Source: Verrucomicrobiia bacterium (GTDB lineage Bacteria; Verrucomicrobiota; Verrucomicrobiia; Palsa-1439). Taken from it: 64,000 nucleotides of DNA. Position numbers and translations under genes: made by a program. Each line of letters opens with the position of its first letter. The first letter of the stretch is position 1. The stretch covers positions 67,661 to 131,660 of the forward strand of contig JBEKBH010000006.1 in the NCBI GenBank assembly GCA_050015495.1, given 5' to 3'. The notes beneath the pieces are model-generated. The model was not told where the DNA came from and made no database searches. It saw only the letters and a list, made by a program, of their open reading frames with translations. Positions 28,044-37,389 of this stretch are shown here, piece after piece.

Positions 28044-29843
28044 ATGGAAGGATTTACCAAAGAGCCCCGTCTCGTTGTGCTTTCGTCCGAACCCTCGGCC
28101 GTTTCGGACCGGGCACTGGCCAAGTTTGCCGGGTTTTTGGGTGTGACAGCGCCGCTGGTACCGGTCCACGCTGAACTTGCCGGGCCTCCACCGGAAGCTC
28201 TGATGGCGCCCGCGACCGAACGCTGCCTGGCGCTGAGTCTGGCCACTTTCCGAATTCTCAAATCACAGTCGTGGTTTCCGAGCCTGTTGCCGCAAGCGAA
28301 GGCCATCCTCATCTATGGATTTGGCGTGACGGAAACGGAATGCGGCGACTTGAAAGAACTGACGCGGGGGGCACTGGCTTCTGTGGTCGCAGTCGACGCG
28401 AAAACATTCGAGTATCACATTCATGGGGACGGCAAACACAAGGCGTTTCCAATTTCCGGCAGGTCGTACACGGTCGAGTTACCTGCAGTTCCTCTGGCAT
28501 TTGGTTCCCCGTCTGTTCGGGATGGCGTTGACACCCTGATCTCGGTGAACCACCAGCCCTGCTTCGTATCGGTGCCGAGCGGCCGGGGCACACTCTATCT
28601 GTTGTCCAGCCCCACGTTGGTGGACATTGACGTTCCCCTCCCATCGAATTGCCCGTCGCGGCAATGGTATGCCGAACTGCTGGGCTTATCCATTTTCCTT
28701 CGCTCGGTGTTCGGCCGGTGGTGCTGGACCGCTCCGGCCCGAACGGCGACGATCGTGATTGATGATCCCTATCTCAAAAAGCGATACGGTTTCCTGCGTT
28801 ACGAATCGCTGGCCCGTGAACTCCAGCAAACGGGTTGTTCCCTGACGGTGGGATTCATTCCGTACAATTATTGGCGCAGCGACCGGCGCGTTACGAACAT
28901 GTTGCGCGGCCAGCGGGATCGTTTTTCCATCGCGGTCCACGGTTGCGACCACACGACTGCCGAATTCGCCAGTCGGGACGAAATGTGGCTGAATCAAAAG
29001 GCCCGGTGGGCCTTGGAACGCATGGACACCCACACCAAACTGACCCAGATGCCGTATGACGAGGTCATGGTGTTTCCACAAGGGCGATTCTCCACAAAAG
29101 CCATTCAGGCCTTGAAGGAGTGCCGGTATCTGGCGGCCGTGAACACGACCGTGTGGCCCGTGGATGCCGCGGAGAACCCGCTGACGCTCCGGGACATTCT
29201 GGATGTCGCGGTCACAAAGTACGACAACTTCCCGATCTTTGGTCGGAGGTATCCGCAGGATGTTTTCGACTTCGCGGTTGACGCCTTGTTTCAGAAGCCG
29301 TTGTTGATCGGGGAACACCATGCGTTTTTCAAGTCCGGGTTCGAGCCGCTACGGCGGGTCGCGCGCGAACTGGCGACGCTCGATACGCCGCCGGTGTGGA
29401 TGCCGCTTCAGGGAGCGCTGACATCGACCTTTGTCGTCAAGCGCGCGGGGTCCGGTCATTACGATGCCAGGTTCTTCACGTCCCTGTTGAGATTGCGGAA
29501 TGCCACGGGTGAGCCATGTCTCTACTCGCTGACGAAGCCCGAGGCACCCGGGCTGGTGGAAGCGGTGACGGTGGGGGGCAAGAGCGTGCCGTTTGAATGT
29601 CGGTCGGGCTTCTTAAAGTGCGACGTTCAGCTTGGTCCGGAGGACGAGCGTGACGTGAAGGTGTTGTACCGTGCCGCGGAACACAGGAGCAATCACTACC
29701 GGCGCTCTTGGAACTTTCGCTCGCGGGTTTTTGCCAGAAGGATGTTGTCCGACATGAGGGACAATTATTTGTCAAAAAGCGACCGGCTGTTGGCCGCCGC
29801 GGAGAAGGTAAAGGATCGCTTGTTCAAAGACGGCATCGTCTAG
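28044..29843 (+). CDS. Hypothetical 599-aa protein. Possible divergent CE4-like (polysaccharide-deacetylase-like) core.
   Basis: No signal peptide. Motifs IVIDDPYL and SIAVHGCDHT are reminiscent of NodB motifs 1 and 2. Otherwise no family I can name. Confidence 0.45.
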   Translation: MEGFTKEPRLVVLSSEPSAVSDRALAKFAGFLGVTAPLVPVHAELAGPPPEALMAPATERCLALSLATFRILKSQSWFPSLLPQAKAILIYGFGVTETECGDLKELTRGALASVVAVDAKTFEYHIHGDGKHKAFPISGRSYTVELPAVPLAFGSPSVRDGVDTLISVNHQPCFVSVPSGRGTLYLLSSPTLVDIDVPLPSNCPSRQWYAELLGLSIFLRSVFGRWCWTAPARTATIVIDDPYLKKRYGFLRYESLARELQQTGCSLTVGFIPYNYWRSDRRVTNMLRGQRDRFSIAVHGCDHTTAEFASRDEMWLNQKARWALERMDTHTKLTQMPYDEVMVFPQGRFSTKAIQALKECRYLAAVNTTVWPVDAAENPLTLRDILDVAVTKYDNFPIFGRRYPQDVFDFAVDALFQKPLLIGEHHAFFKSGFEPLRRVARELATLDTPPVWMPLQGALTSTFVVKRAGSGHYDARFFTSLLRLRNATGEPCLYSLTKPEAPGLVEAVTVGGKSVPFECRSGFLKCDVQLGPEDERDVKVLYRAAEHRSNHYRRSWNFRSRVFARRMLSDMRDNYLSKSDRLLAAAEKVKDRLFKDGIV

Positions 29844-30004
29844 ATGCATCCGCGATTGCGCCACGATTCGAGCGGACGCGGATGGGTTGACGCGTCTGAC
29901 ATGGACATGGCACAATGCACGATGTGATTCCCCGCTTATCGAGGACGCGCATACATTCCGTTGAGCCGGGGGAATCCGGTACCACAAACCGATGAGGGCA
30001 TTTC

Positions 30005-33000
30005 ATGCGACAGTTTCTGTTTAGAATTCTTGCGTTGGCGGCGTTGTTTCTAACCGTCATAGCCGGAAGCGGTTGCACACAAGCAGCCAGACGAGCCCGG
30101 CACTTGGCCCGTGCCAATCAGTACTTCGATTCCGGCGAGCTGGACAAGGCCGAGATCGAGTACTTGATCGTCCTCAAAACGGATCGGACGAATCCCCGGG
30201 CCATCGGTCGACTCGGCATCATTTATTACGAACAGGGGCGATATGGGCGCGCGATTCCGTTCCTGATCAAGGGGAAGGAGCTCGCGCCGGAAGACCTGGA
30301 CCTGCGACGGAGGCTGGCCGCCGTCTATTTGTCAGCGGGCAAGACAAAGGATGCAAGGGATGAGGCCATCTTCGTTCTCGATCGAAATCCGCGCGACGAT
30401 GAGGCGCCGCTGTTATTGGCCGAGGCATCGGCAGCCACAAACGCCGTGGCCGAGGCACAGGCGAGATTGAAGGCGGCGGTGCAGAAGGCGGGTGAGACCG
30501 CGGCATTGGATGTGGCCCTGGCGCATCTGGAACAGAACCGCGGAGATTTTCAGGCAGCAGCAGCCGATCTGGAACGGGCCAAGGCTCTCGACCCAAAATC
30601 GAGTTCGGTGTTTTGGGCGTACGGGAACCTGTATTTCGCGCAAAACGACCAGAAGCAAGCCGGGGAGGCATTCCAGACGGCGGCCAAACTGTCTCCTCCC
30701 CGATCTCCGAGGCGATTGCGATATGCCGAGTACAAAATCCGGGCCGGGGATCTGGCAGACGGCAAACAGCTCTTGCAGGACATCACCCGGAAGACTCCGG
30801 ACTATTTGCCCGCATGGAGGTGGCTGGCGGAGATTGCCCTGGCCGAAACGAACTATGACCAGAGCGCGGACCTTGTCGGCAAAATGCTCGCGCGGGATTC
30901 GCTCAACTACGACGCGCTGCTGTTGAATGGCCGGATCTATCTGGCGAAAGGGAACGTGGACAGGGCGATCGGAGAGTTCAAGAAGGCGGTGACGGCATAT
31001 CCACAGGCGCCCGAGACGCATTATCAACTTGCCGTCAGCTATCTGGTGAAAAATGAAGTCGGTCAGGCGGTGATCAGCTTGAATCAGGCGTTGAGCGTGG
31101 CGCCGAATTTTGCGGAGGCCACGGTATTGCTGGCGGGAATCAAAATGAGAACCGGCGAAGTGGGTGCGGCCATCGCTTCGCTGAAGCCGCTGGTGGAGAA
31201 GCGACCGCACTTTGTTCAGGCCCAGCTTCTTCTGGCCGACGGGTATCGCGCCCAGGGCGATTTCGAGTCCGCGATCGAGATCTACCGCGCCATGGAGAAG
31301 TTGGCTCCAAAGAATCCCGATGCGCCGCTCCTCATGGGGATGACATTTCTCCAGGAGGAAAAACGGGATGAAGCCCGCGCGGCATTCGGCAAGGCCGTGG
31401 AATTATCTCCCGATTACCTGGCCGGGGTGGAGCAGTTGGTGGACATGGATATCGCGGACAAACAGTATGAAACGGCCCTGCAGCGGGTCCAGCCGCTCCT
31501 CGATCGAAACCCCAAGTCGGCAGAAGCGCGGCTGGTCCAGGCGAAGATTTTCCTGGCGCAACAAGACGCGAAAGGGGCGGAAGCCGCGCTGGTGAAGGCC
31601 ATCGAGTTGAAGCCGGAATCCCGGGCCGCCCATCTCATGCTCGCGCGGTTGTACGTCGACACTCACCAGCAACAGAAGGCGTTGGATGATCTCCGGCCGT
31701 TCGTCGAGAAAAATCCAAAGGACGCCGGGGCGTGGCTGTTCATCGGCATGATCCAGGAACAGCAGAAGGATTACGATGCCGTCCGCGACACCTACGAGAA
31801 ATTGCTGGCCGCCAATCCGCAGTACACGCCGGCCATGAACAATCTGGCGTGGTTGTATGCGGAAGATCTTGGACAGACGGACAAGGCATATGAGATCGCC
31901 AGCAAGGCTAGGGAATTGCAGCCATACGACCCGTTTGCCGCCGATACGCTGGGTTGGATCCTCTATCGGATGAAGCAGTATCCGAAGGCCCTGAGTTTGT
32001 TGCAAGAAAGCGCCGGCAAGATCGGCAAGCAGGCCGACGTCCAGGTTCATTTGGGGCTGACGTATTACATGTTGGACGAGGAAGAACCGGCCCGAACGGC
32101 GCTGCAACGCGCCAAGGAATTAAAGAAGGATGTTACCGGCCACGAGGAAGCTGATCAATGCCTGGCCATTCTAGCCATCGATCCCGCGTCGGCAGGGCCC
32201 GAAGCACGAACCATGTTGGACAAACGACTGGCGGCGACAGCGGATGACCCGGTGGCCCGAGCGCGGCTGGCGGCCATTGACGAACGCGAAGGGAAATTTG
32301 ACAAGGCGACCGAGGGGTATCAGACGATACTGACCTCCAATCCTGACGACGTCAGGGCGTTGGTCAGTCTCGCCCGGCTCTACTCATCGCATGGGAATGA
32401 CCCGCACAAGGCCATCGAATTTGCCAAGAACGCGTACAAACTTGCGCCGAACGATCCTGCCATCCCCCTGATCCTTGGTCGGCTGGCGTTTCAAACCGGT
32501 GATTACAAATGGGCGGCGAGCCTGCTCCAACAGGCGTCGAGCCAACAACCGCAGAATCCCGAGGTGCTCTTTGATTTTGCGCTGGCCTCCTACAGCGTTG
32601 GCCAGGTGTCTGATGCCGCAGCCAATGCGAAAAACGCCTTGCAAGCCGGGGCTGGGTTCTCGCGCGCGGATGCCGCGACGCGGTTTCTCGACATGATCGC
32701 ACTGGCGGGTGACCCGGAGCGGGCGGTGACGTCGTCGTCACGCGTTCAGGAGATATTGAAATCGCAACCAGATTATGTGCCCGCGCTCATGGCGATGGGA
32801 GCGATTGAAGACCAAAAAGCGGATCTTCGCGCGGCGGAGCAGGTCTATGAAAAAGCGCTGTCGCTGTATCCTGACTTTGGACCAGCGAAGAGGCGACTGG
32901 CCATCCTGTACGCGGCGGACCAACCCGCTGACAATCAGCGGGCGCTACAACTCGCCATGCAGGCCCGAGAGGCATATCCAGTCGATCCAGAAGTTGCGAA

Positions 33001-33235
33001 AGCTTTTGGCATCGAGGCGTATCGGCAAGGGGACTACGCGAGGGCAGCCGGACTCTTGAAGGAGAGCGCCAACAGTCTGACGGCGGATGCGACTTTGATG
33101 TACTACCTGGGGATGGCGCAATATCGGAATAACGACCCGGCAGCCTGCAAGCTCTCGCTACGACGAGCTCTCGAATTGAATCTGAACGGTGAATTGAGTT
33201 CGGCGGCGAAACAAACGCTGGTGGGATTGAAGTGA
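30005..33235 (+). CDS. prsT: PEP-CTERM system TPR-repeat lipoprotein PrsT
   Basis: Lipoprotein signal LFLTVIAGSGC. About 1070 aa of TPR repeats throughout. Immediately upstream of prsK/prsR. Confidence 0.8.
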   Translation: MRQFLFRILALAALFLTVIAGSGCTQAARRARHLARANQYFDSGELDKAEIEYLIVLKTDRTNPRAIGRLGIIYYEQGRYGRAIPFLIKGKELAPEDLDLRRRLAAVYLSAGKTKDARDEAIFVLDRNPRDDEAPLLLAEASAATNAVAEAQARLKAAVQKAGETAALDVALAHLEQNRGDFQAAAADLERAKALDPKSSSVFWAYGNLYFAQNDQKQAGEAFQTAAKLSPPRSPRRLRYAEYKIRAGDLADGKQLLQDITRKTPDYLPAWRWLAEIALAETNYDQSADLVGKMLARDSLNYDALLLNGRIYLAKGNVDRAIGEFKKAVTAYPQAPETHYQLAVSYLVKNEVGQAVISLNQALSVAPNFAEATVLLAGIKMRTGEVGAAIASLKPLVEKRPHFVQAQLLLADGYRAQGDFESAIEIYRAMEKLAPKNPDAPLLMGMTFLQEEKRDEARAAFGKAVELSPDYLAGVEQLVDMDIADKQYETALQRVQPLLDRNPKSAEARLVQAKIFLAQQDAKGAEAALVKAIELKPESRAAHLMLARLYVDTHQQQKALDDLRPFVEKNPKDAGAWLFIGMIQEQQKDYDAVRDTYEKLLAANPQYTPAMNNLAWLYAEDLGQTDKAYEIASKARELQPYDPFAADTLGWILYRMKQYPKALSLLQESAGKIGKQADVQVHLGLTYYMLDEEEPARTALQRAKELKKDVTGHEEADQCLAILAIDPASAGPEARTMLDKRLAATADDPVARARLAAIDEREGKFDKATEGYQTILTSNPDDVRALVSLARLYSSHGNDPHKAIEFAKNAYKLAPNDPAIPLILGRLAFQTGDYKWAASLLQQASSQQPQNPEVLFDFALASYSVGQVSDAAANAKNALQAGAGFSRADAATRFLDMIALAGDPERAVTSSSRVQEILKSQPDYVPALMAMGAIEDQKADLRAAEQVYEKALSLYPDFGPAKRRLAILYAADQPADNQRALQLAMQAREAYPVDPEVAKAFGIEAYRQGDYARAAGLLKESANSLTADATLMYYLGMAQYRNNDPAACKLSLRRALELNLNGELSSAAKQTLVGLK

Positions 33236-33479
33236 CGAGCAAAACAACTGGGCTTTGCGAGTGGGACAGATCGCAAGTTGCGGGTCAAACGTGACCCGGT
33301 TGTGATATCTGGAATATGGCCGCAATTCAGTTTCGGGAGACTCCGGCGGGCCAGTGCTTGCCGCACCGTCATTCCCCCTGCAAGGGAGAGTGTAGTAAGC
33401 TATCTGCGGCCCGACTGACCGTGAACCGAACAGAAAGGCGCGGCGGGACACGATTCCGACCGTGAACCAGCGATAGACC

Positions 33480-35594
33480 ATGGGCTTGGCCATCACACTG
33501 GCCCTCACCAGCGCAATTCTTGCGTTTGGGATGGGAGTGACTGTTGCCGTCCGGGAGCGAATCTCCCTGGCATCCTGGACGTTCTTCGTCGGGATGACCG
33601 TATTGGCCGCCGAAGGCTTGCTGGCCGGACTGGCCGCGCAGGCGACCGTGCCGGACGAAATGGTCTACTGGGAGCAATGGAAACTTGTCGCAACATCCGT
33701 TCTTCCAGGCATCTGGCTGTTGTTCAGTGTGAGCTACTCGCGGGGTGATGTTCGAGAGACCCTGGTGAAATGGTGGTGGCTGATCGTCGGAGCGTTTGTC
33801 CTGCCGATCGGCCTTGCGGTGTTGTTTCGCGGGAACCTGATTACGGTCGCACGTCAGGCGTCCCCGCCGGACCATTGGATGCTCCATCTGGGCTGGCCGG
33901 GCGTGGCGTTGAACCTTCTGTTCTTGCTGGGCTGCATCCTGGTCCTGGCGAACATCGAGCGCACCCTCCGCGCGTCCGTGGGAACGATGCGGTGGCGCAT
34001 CAAGTTCATGATCGTCGGCTTGGGGATCCTGTTCGCCGTTCGGGCGTACACGAGCAGCCAGAATCTGTTGTTTGGGATGGTGGATCTTTCCTGGGGAAGC
34101 GTGGACTCGGGAGCGCTCCTGCTGGCGGCTCTGCTGATCTTGCGTTCGCTGTTGCGGGCCGGACATTTCGACGTCAGCGTCTATCCGTCACAGTCGGTCG
34201 TGTACAATTCACTGACCGTGCTGTTGGCGGGGATCTACCTGTTTCTGGTCGGGGTGTTCGCCAGGGTGGTCACGTTTCTTGGCGGCGACGCGACGTTTAC
34301 CGTCAAGGCGTTCGTGATCCTGCTCGCGCTGGTCTTGCTGACGGTCCTGTTGTTGTCCGAGCGGGTGCGGCTGCTTACCAAGCAGTTTGTCAGCCGTCAC
34401 CTTCAACGGCCGTTGCATGACTATCGTCTGGTCTGGCGAAAGTTCACCGAGGGCACCGCCTCGCGCGTCGACCAGACGGAACTGTGCCGGGCGACGGTCA
34501 AACTCATCGCGGAAATCTTCCAGGCGCTCTCCGTGACCATCTGGCTCGTCGACGACACCAAAGAGCGCCTGACGTTTGCGGCCTCCACGTCGTTGTCGGA
34601 TACCGCGGGCACGAATCTCAGCCCGCACGGCGCGGAGGTGGTGGAAGTCGTTCGTGGCTTGCTCGAGCAGACGATGCCGGTGGACATCGACACATCGAAG
34701 GAACGGTGGGCCGCGCTGCTGAGGCAGTGGCATCCAGACGAATTTCGCAAGGGAGGGAACCGCATTGCCGTGCCGATGATCACCAACGGAGAACTGCTCG
34801 GGCTGATCACGCTGGGTGATCGCGTTGGCGGGGTTCCCTTCTCGCAACAGGATTTTGATTTGCTCAAGTGCATGGGCGACCAGGCAGCCGCCAGCCTGCG
34901 CAATGTCGAGTTGTCACAGAAGCTTCTCCAGGCAAGGGAACTCGAAGCGTTCCAGACCATGTCGGTATTTTTCATCCACGACCTGAAGAACACCGCCTCG
35001 ACGCTCAACCTGATGCTGCGCAACCTGCCCGTCCACTTTGACAAGCCCGCCTTTCGTGAAGACACGTTGCGCGGGATTTCCAAGAGCGTGGATCACATCA
35101 ATCAACTGATCGAGCGGTTGAGCCTGTTGCGTCACGAATTGGAAATGCAGCCGACGGAAACGGACCTGAACGAGGTGGTCTCCCAGGCCGTCGGCGGCTG
35201 GGCCAAAACCGGCGACGTTGATCTGGTACAAGACCTGCATCCGCTGCCAAGGTTGTCTCTGGATCGGGAGCAAATACTCAAAGTGGTGACAAATCTGGTA
35301 CTGAACGCGACGCAAGCGGTTTCCGGCAAGGGCCGGGTGGGCATCGAGACGACCCACCGAAACGGCTGGGTTGTGCTCGCGGTGACGGATAACGGCTGTG
35401 GCATGAGCGCGGAGTTCCGGAATCGATCACTGTTTCGCCCGTTCCAGACCACCAAGAAACAGGGCTTGGGCATCGGCGTGTTCCAGAGCAAGATGATCGT
35501 GGAGGCGCACGGAGGAAGGATCGAGGTGGAAAGTGAACTGGGCAAGGGTACGACGTTTCGTGTATTGTTGCCCGTCCGAAGGCCAGGTGAATGA
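33480..35594 (+). CDS. prsK: PEP-CTERM system sensor histidine kinase PrsK
   Basis: About 8 N-terminal TM helices, GAF-like region, HisKA (FIHDLKNTAST) and HATPase_c (DNGCGM...GLGIGVF) motifs. Confidence 0.85.
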   Translation: MGLAITLALTSAILAFGMGVTVAVRERISLASWTFFVGMTVLAAEGLLAGLAAQATVPDEMVYWEQWKLVATSVLPGIWLLFSVSYSRGDVRETLVKWWWLIVGAFVLPIGLAVLFRGNLITVARQASPPDHWMLHLGWPGVALNLLFLLGCILVLANIERTLRASVGTMRWRIKFMIVGLGILFAVRAYTSSQNLLFGMVDLSWGSVDSGALLLAALLILRSLLRAGHFDVSVYPSQSVVYNSLTVLLAGIYLFLVGVFARVVTFLGGDATFTVKAFVILLALVLLTVLLLSERVRLLTKQFVSRHLQRPLHDYRLVWRKFTEGTASRVDQTELCRATVKLIAEIFQALSVTIWLVDDTKERLTFAASTSLSDTAGTNLSPHGAEVVEVVRGLLEQTMPVDIDTSKERWAALLRQWHPDEFRKGGNRIAVPMITNGELLGLITLGDRVGGVPFSQQDFDLLKCMGDQAAASLRNVELSQKLLQARELEAFQTMSVFFIHDLKNTASTLNLMLRNLPVHFDKPAFREDTLRGISKSVDHINQLIERLSLLRHELEMQPTETDLNEVVSQAVGGWAKTGDVDLVQDLHPLPRLSLDREQILKVVTNLVLNATQAVSGKGRVGIETTHRNGWVVLAVTDNGCGMSAEFRNRSLFRPFQTTKKQGLGIGVFQSKMIVEAHGGRIEVESELGKGTTFRVLLPVRRPGE

Positions 35595-36958
35595 ATCCAA
35601 AACTACTGATTGTTGACGACGACGAAGAAATCCGCACCCAGATGAAGTGGGCGCTGGCGCAGGATTACGAGGTGTTGCTGGCGGAGGACCGGGCCAGCGC
35701 GGTCGAATGTTTCAAGTTCGATCGACCATCGGTGGTGTTGATGGATCTGGGCCTGCCGCCCCAACCGAACAGTCCTGACGAGGGGTTGGCGGCGATGGCG
35801 GAGTTGGTCGCGCTGGATCGGTTGGTCAAGGTCGTGGTCATCACCGGACAGGAAGAGAAAGAGGTGGCGCTGAATGCGGTGGGGGCCGGGGCCTACGATT
35901 TTCTCTGCAAGCCGGTGGACGCGGAGGAACTGAAGCTTCTGCTGAAGCGTTGTTTCCACGTCGCGCGGCTGGAGCGGGAGTACCGCGAGATGCAGCAACA
36001 ACTTCAGGGGGATGCTTTCGAGAGCATGCTGGGCACGAGCCCCTCGATGCAGACCGCGTTCGCCTCGATTCGCAAGGTGGCCGTGACGGAAGCCCCTGTC
36101 CTGATTCTGGGGGAAAGCGGAACGGGAAAAGAAATGGCCGCGATGGCGATCCACCGGCGGAGCGCGCGAAGGGACGGTCCCTTTATCGCGATCAATTGCA
36201 GCGCGATCCCGGAAACGCTCCTGGAGAGCGAACTATTCGGGCATGAAAAGGGCGCGTTTACCGGCGCGCACATGCAACGGAAGGGGCGGATCGAAAGCGC
36301 CAGCGGCGGCACGCTGTTTTTGGACGAGATTGGAGAGATCCCATTGCCGTTGCAGGTGAAGTTGCTTCGATTTTTGCAGGAACAACGCATTGAACGGGTC
36401 GGTGGCCGGCAGGAGATCCGGGTGGATGCGCGCATTACGGCCGCGACCAACTCCGATCTCAAGAAGGGGATGGCCAACGGCAGCTTTCGGGAAGACCTGT
36501 ACTATCGGTTGGCCGTGGTGCAGATGACGTTGCCGCCGCTTCGTGACCGGGAAGGGGATATTCGCCTGCTGGCGCAGGCGTTCCTGCAGCGATTTATGCG
36601 GGAGATCGGAAAACAGGGCCTGGCCTTCGATCGCGAAGCGGTGTCGGCGATGCGTGGTCACATGTGGCCGGGCAACGTGCGGGAATTGGAAAACCGCGTC
36701 AAACGAGCGGTGATTATGGCCGAGGGCAAGTGGTTGACAGTACAAGACCTCGAGCTGGCCGAATCCAAGGATTCCACACGCGCCACCACATTAAAGGAAG
36801 CCCGGGAGAACCTGGAGCGAGAGATGATTCTTCAGGGCTTGCGGAAACATTCCTGGAAGATCGCCGCGGCGGCCGCCGAACTCGATGTGAGCCGCCCCAC
36901 GTTGTACGAGCTGATGGAGAAGCTGAAGATCCAACGGCCCGCGCAGGAGCCGCAGTAA
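35591..36958 (+). CDS. prsR: PEP-CTERM system sigma-54-dependent response regulator PrsR (NtrC family)
   Basis: Receiver domain (LIVDDDEEIR..D), AAA+ sigma-54 activation domain (GESGTGKE, GAFTGA, ESELFGHEKGAFTGA) and C-terminal HTH. ATGA overlap with prsK. Confidence 0.9.
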   Translation: MNPKLLIVDDDEEIRTQMKWALAQDYEVLLAEDRASAVECFKFDRPSVVLMDLGLPPQPNSPDEGLAAMAELVALDRLVKVVVITGQEEKEVALNAVGAGAYDFLCKPVDAEELKLLLKRCFHVARLEREYREMQQQLQGDAFESMLGTSPSMQTAFASIRKVAVTEAPVLILGESGTGKEMAAMAIHRRSARRDGPFIAINCSAIPETLLESELFGHEKGAFTGAHMQRKGRIESASGGTLFLDEIGEIPLPLQVKLLRFLQEQRIERVGGRQEIRVDARITAATNSDLKKGMANGSFREDLYYRLAVVQMTLPPLRDREGDIRLLAQAFLQRFMREIGKQGLAFDREAVSAMRGHMWPGNVRELENRVKRAVIMAEGKWLTVQDLELAESKDSTRATTLKEARENLEREMILQGLRKHSWKIAAAAAELDVSRPTLYELMEKLKIQRPAQEPQ

Positions 36959-36961
36959 TAC

Positions 36962-37046
36962 CGCCCGCAGTGTCCCCCCACCCGTCATCACGGCCGGCAA
37001 CCGCCGCCGTGAGACATCGGAAGCATCCCGCCTCCGGCCGCCGCTC
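36962..37046. repeat. Copy 1 of an ~80-bp near-identical direct repeat containing a 7-bp-stem hairpin (TCACGGC-N11-GCCGTGA)
   Basis: ccgcagtgtccc..cccgtcatcacggccggcaaccgccgccgtgagacatcggaagcatcccgcctccggccgccgct is found again at 39707..39787. Confidence 0.7.
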
Positions 37047-37205
37047 GTCTTGTGGAACCGTAACATCCCCGAACTCGGTCTGCGTGACTCATCGATCTTG
37101 AACCAACCCCGGAACCCCTGAATTGGTTGGACAGGAGGATCGGCTTGGTGATATTTTTCCAATGGTGAGGGGCATGTAGTCAGGACGCTCGTCTGCCCAG
37201 TCTCG

Positions 37206-37238
37206 GGTTCGAGTCGGTGCGAGAATGGATTCGAACCA
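37206..37238 (-). other. tRNA 3'-end-like fragment (canonical T-arm GGTTCGAATCC plus acceptor-like 3' strand) with no matching 5' half. Possible remnant att site.
   Basis: The minus strand reads ..catGGTTCGAATCCattctcgcacc. No complementary acceptor 5' strand was found within 90 nt. Confidence 0.3.
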
Positions 37239-37263
37239 TGGTTCCGTCATCACGGGCGTGTTC

Positions 37264-37277
37264 GGTACCGAACGCGT
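37264..37277. promoter_or_regulatory. 14-bp perfect palindrome GTTCGGTACCGAAC about 115 bp upstream of the LRR gene start. Candidate dimeric regulator binding site.
   Basis: Exact reverse-complement symmetry seen in the sequence. Confidence 0.3.
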
Positions 37278-37389
37278 CCCGAAGTTCTGTAACCTTTTAG
37301 TGAAGGCGAACGTGCGCCGCCAGCGCTCGCTACCCAGTTATCCATCCACGAAGTCCAACAGCCTGCCTCGCTGCGCGGAGAACACCATC

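Noticed and set aside
29844-30004. Sigma-54 promoter upstream of prsT (TGGCACAATGCA at ~29915)
   Set aside because: The spacing between the GG and GC elements is wrong: TGGCAC is followed by TGCA after only 2 nt. It is not a valid -24/-12 promoter.
37206-37300. Possible intact tRNA gene upstream of the LRR gene
   Set aside because: Only the T-arm and acceptor 3' strand are present. No complementary acceptor 5' strand, D-arm or anticodon arm can be built, so it is reported as a fragment rather than a tRNA feature.
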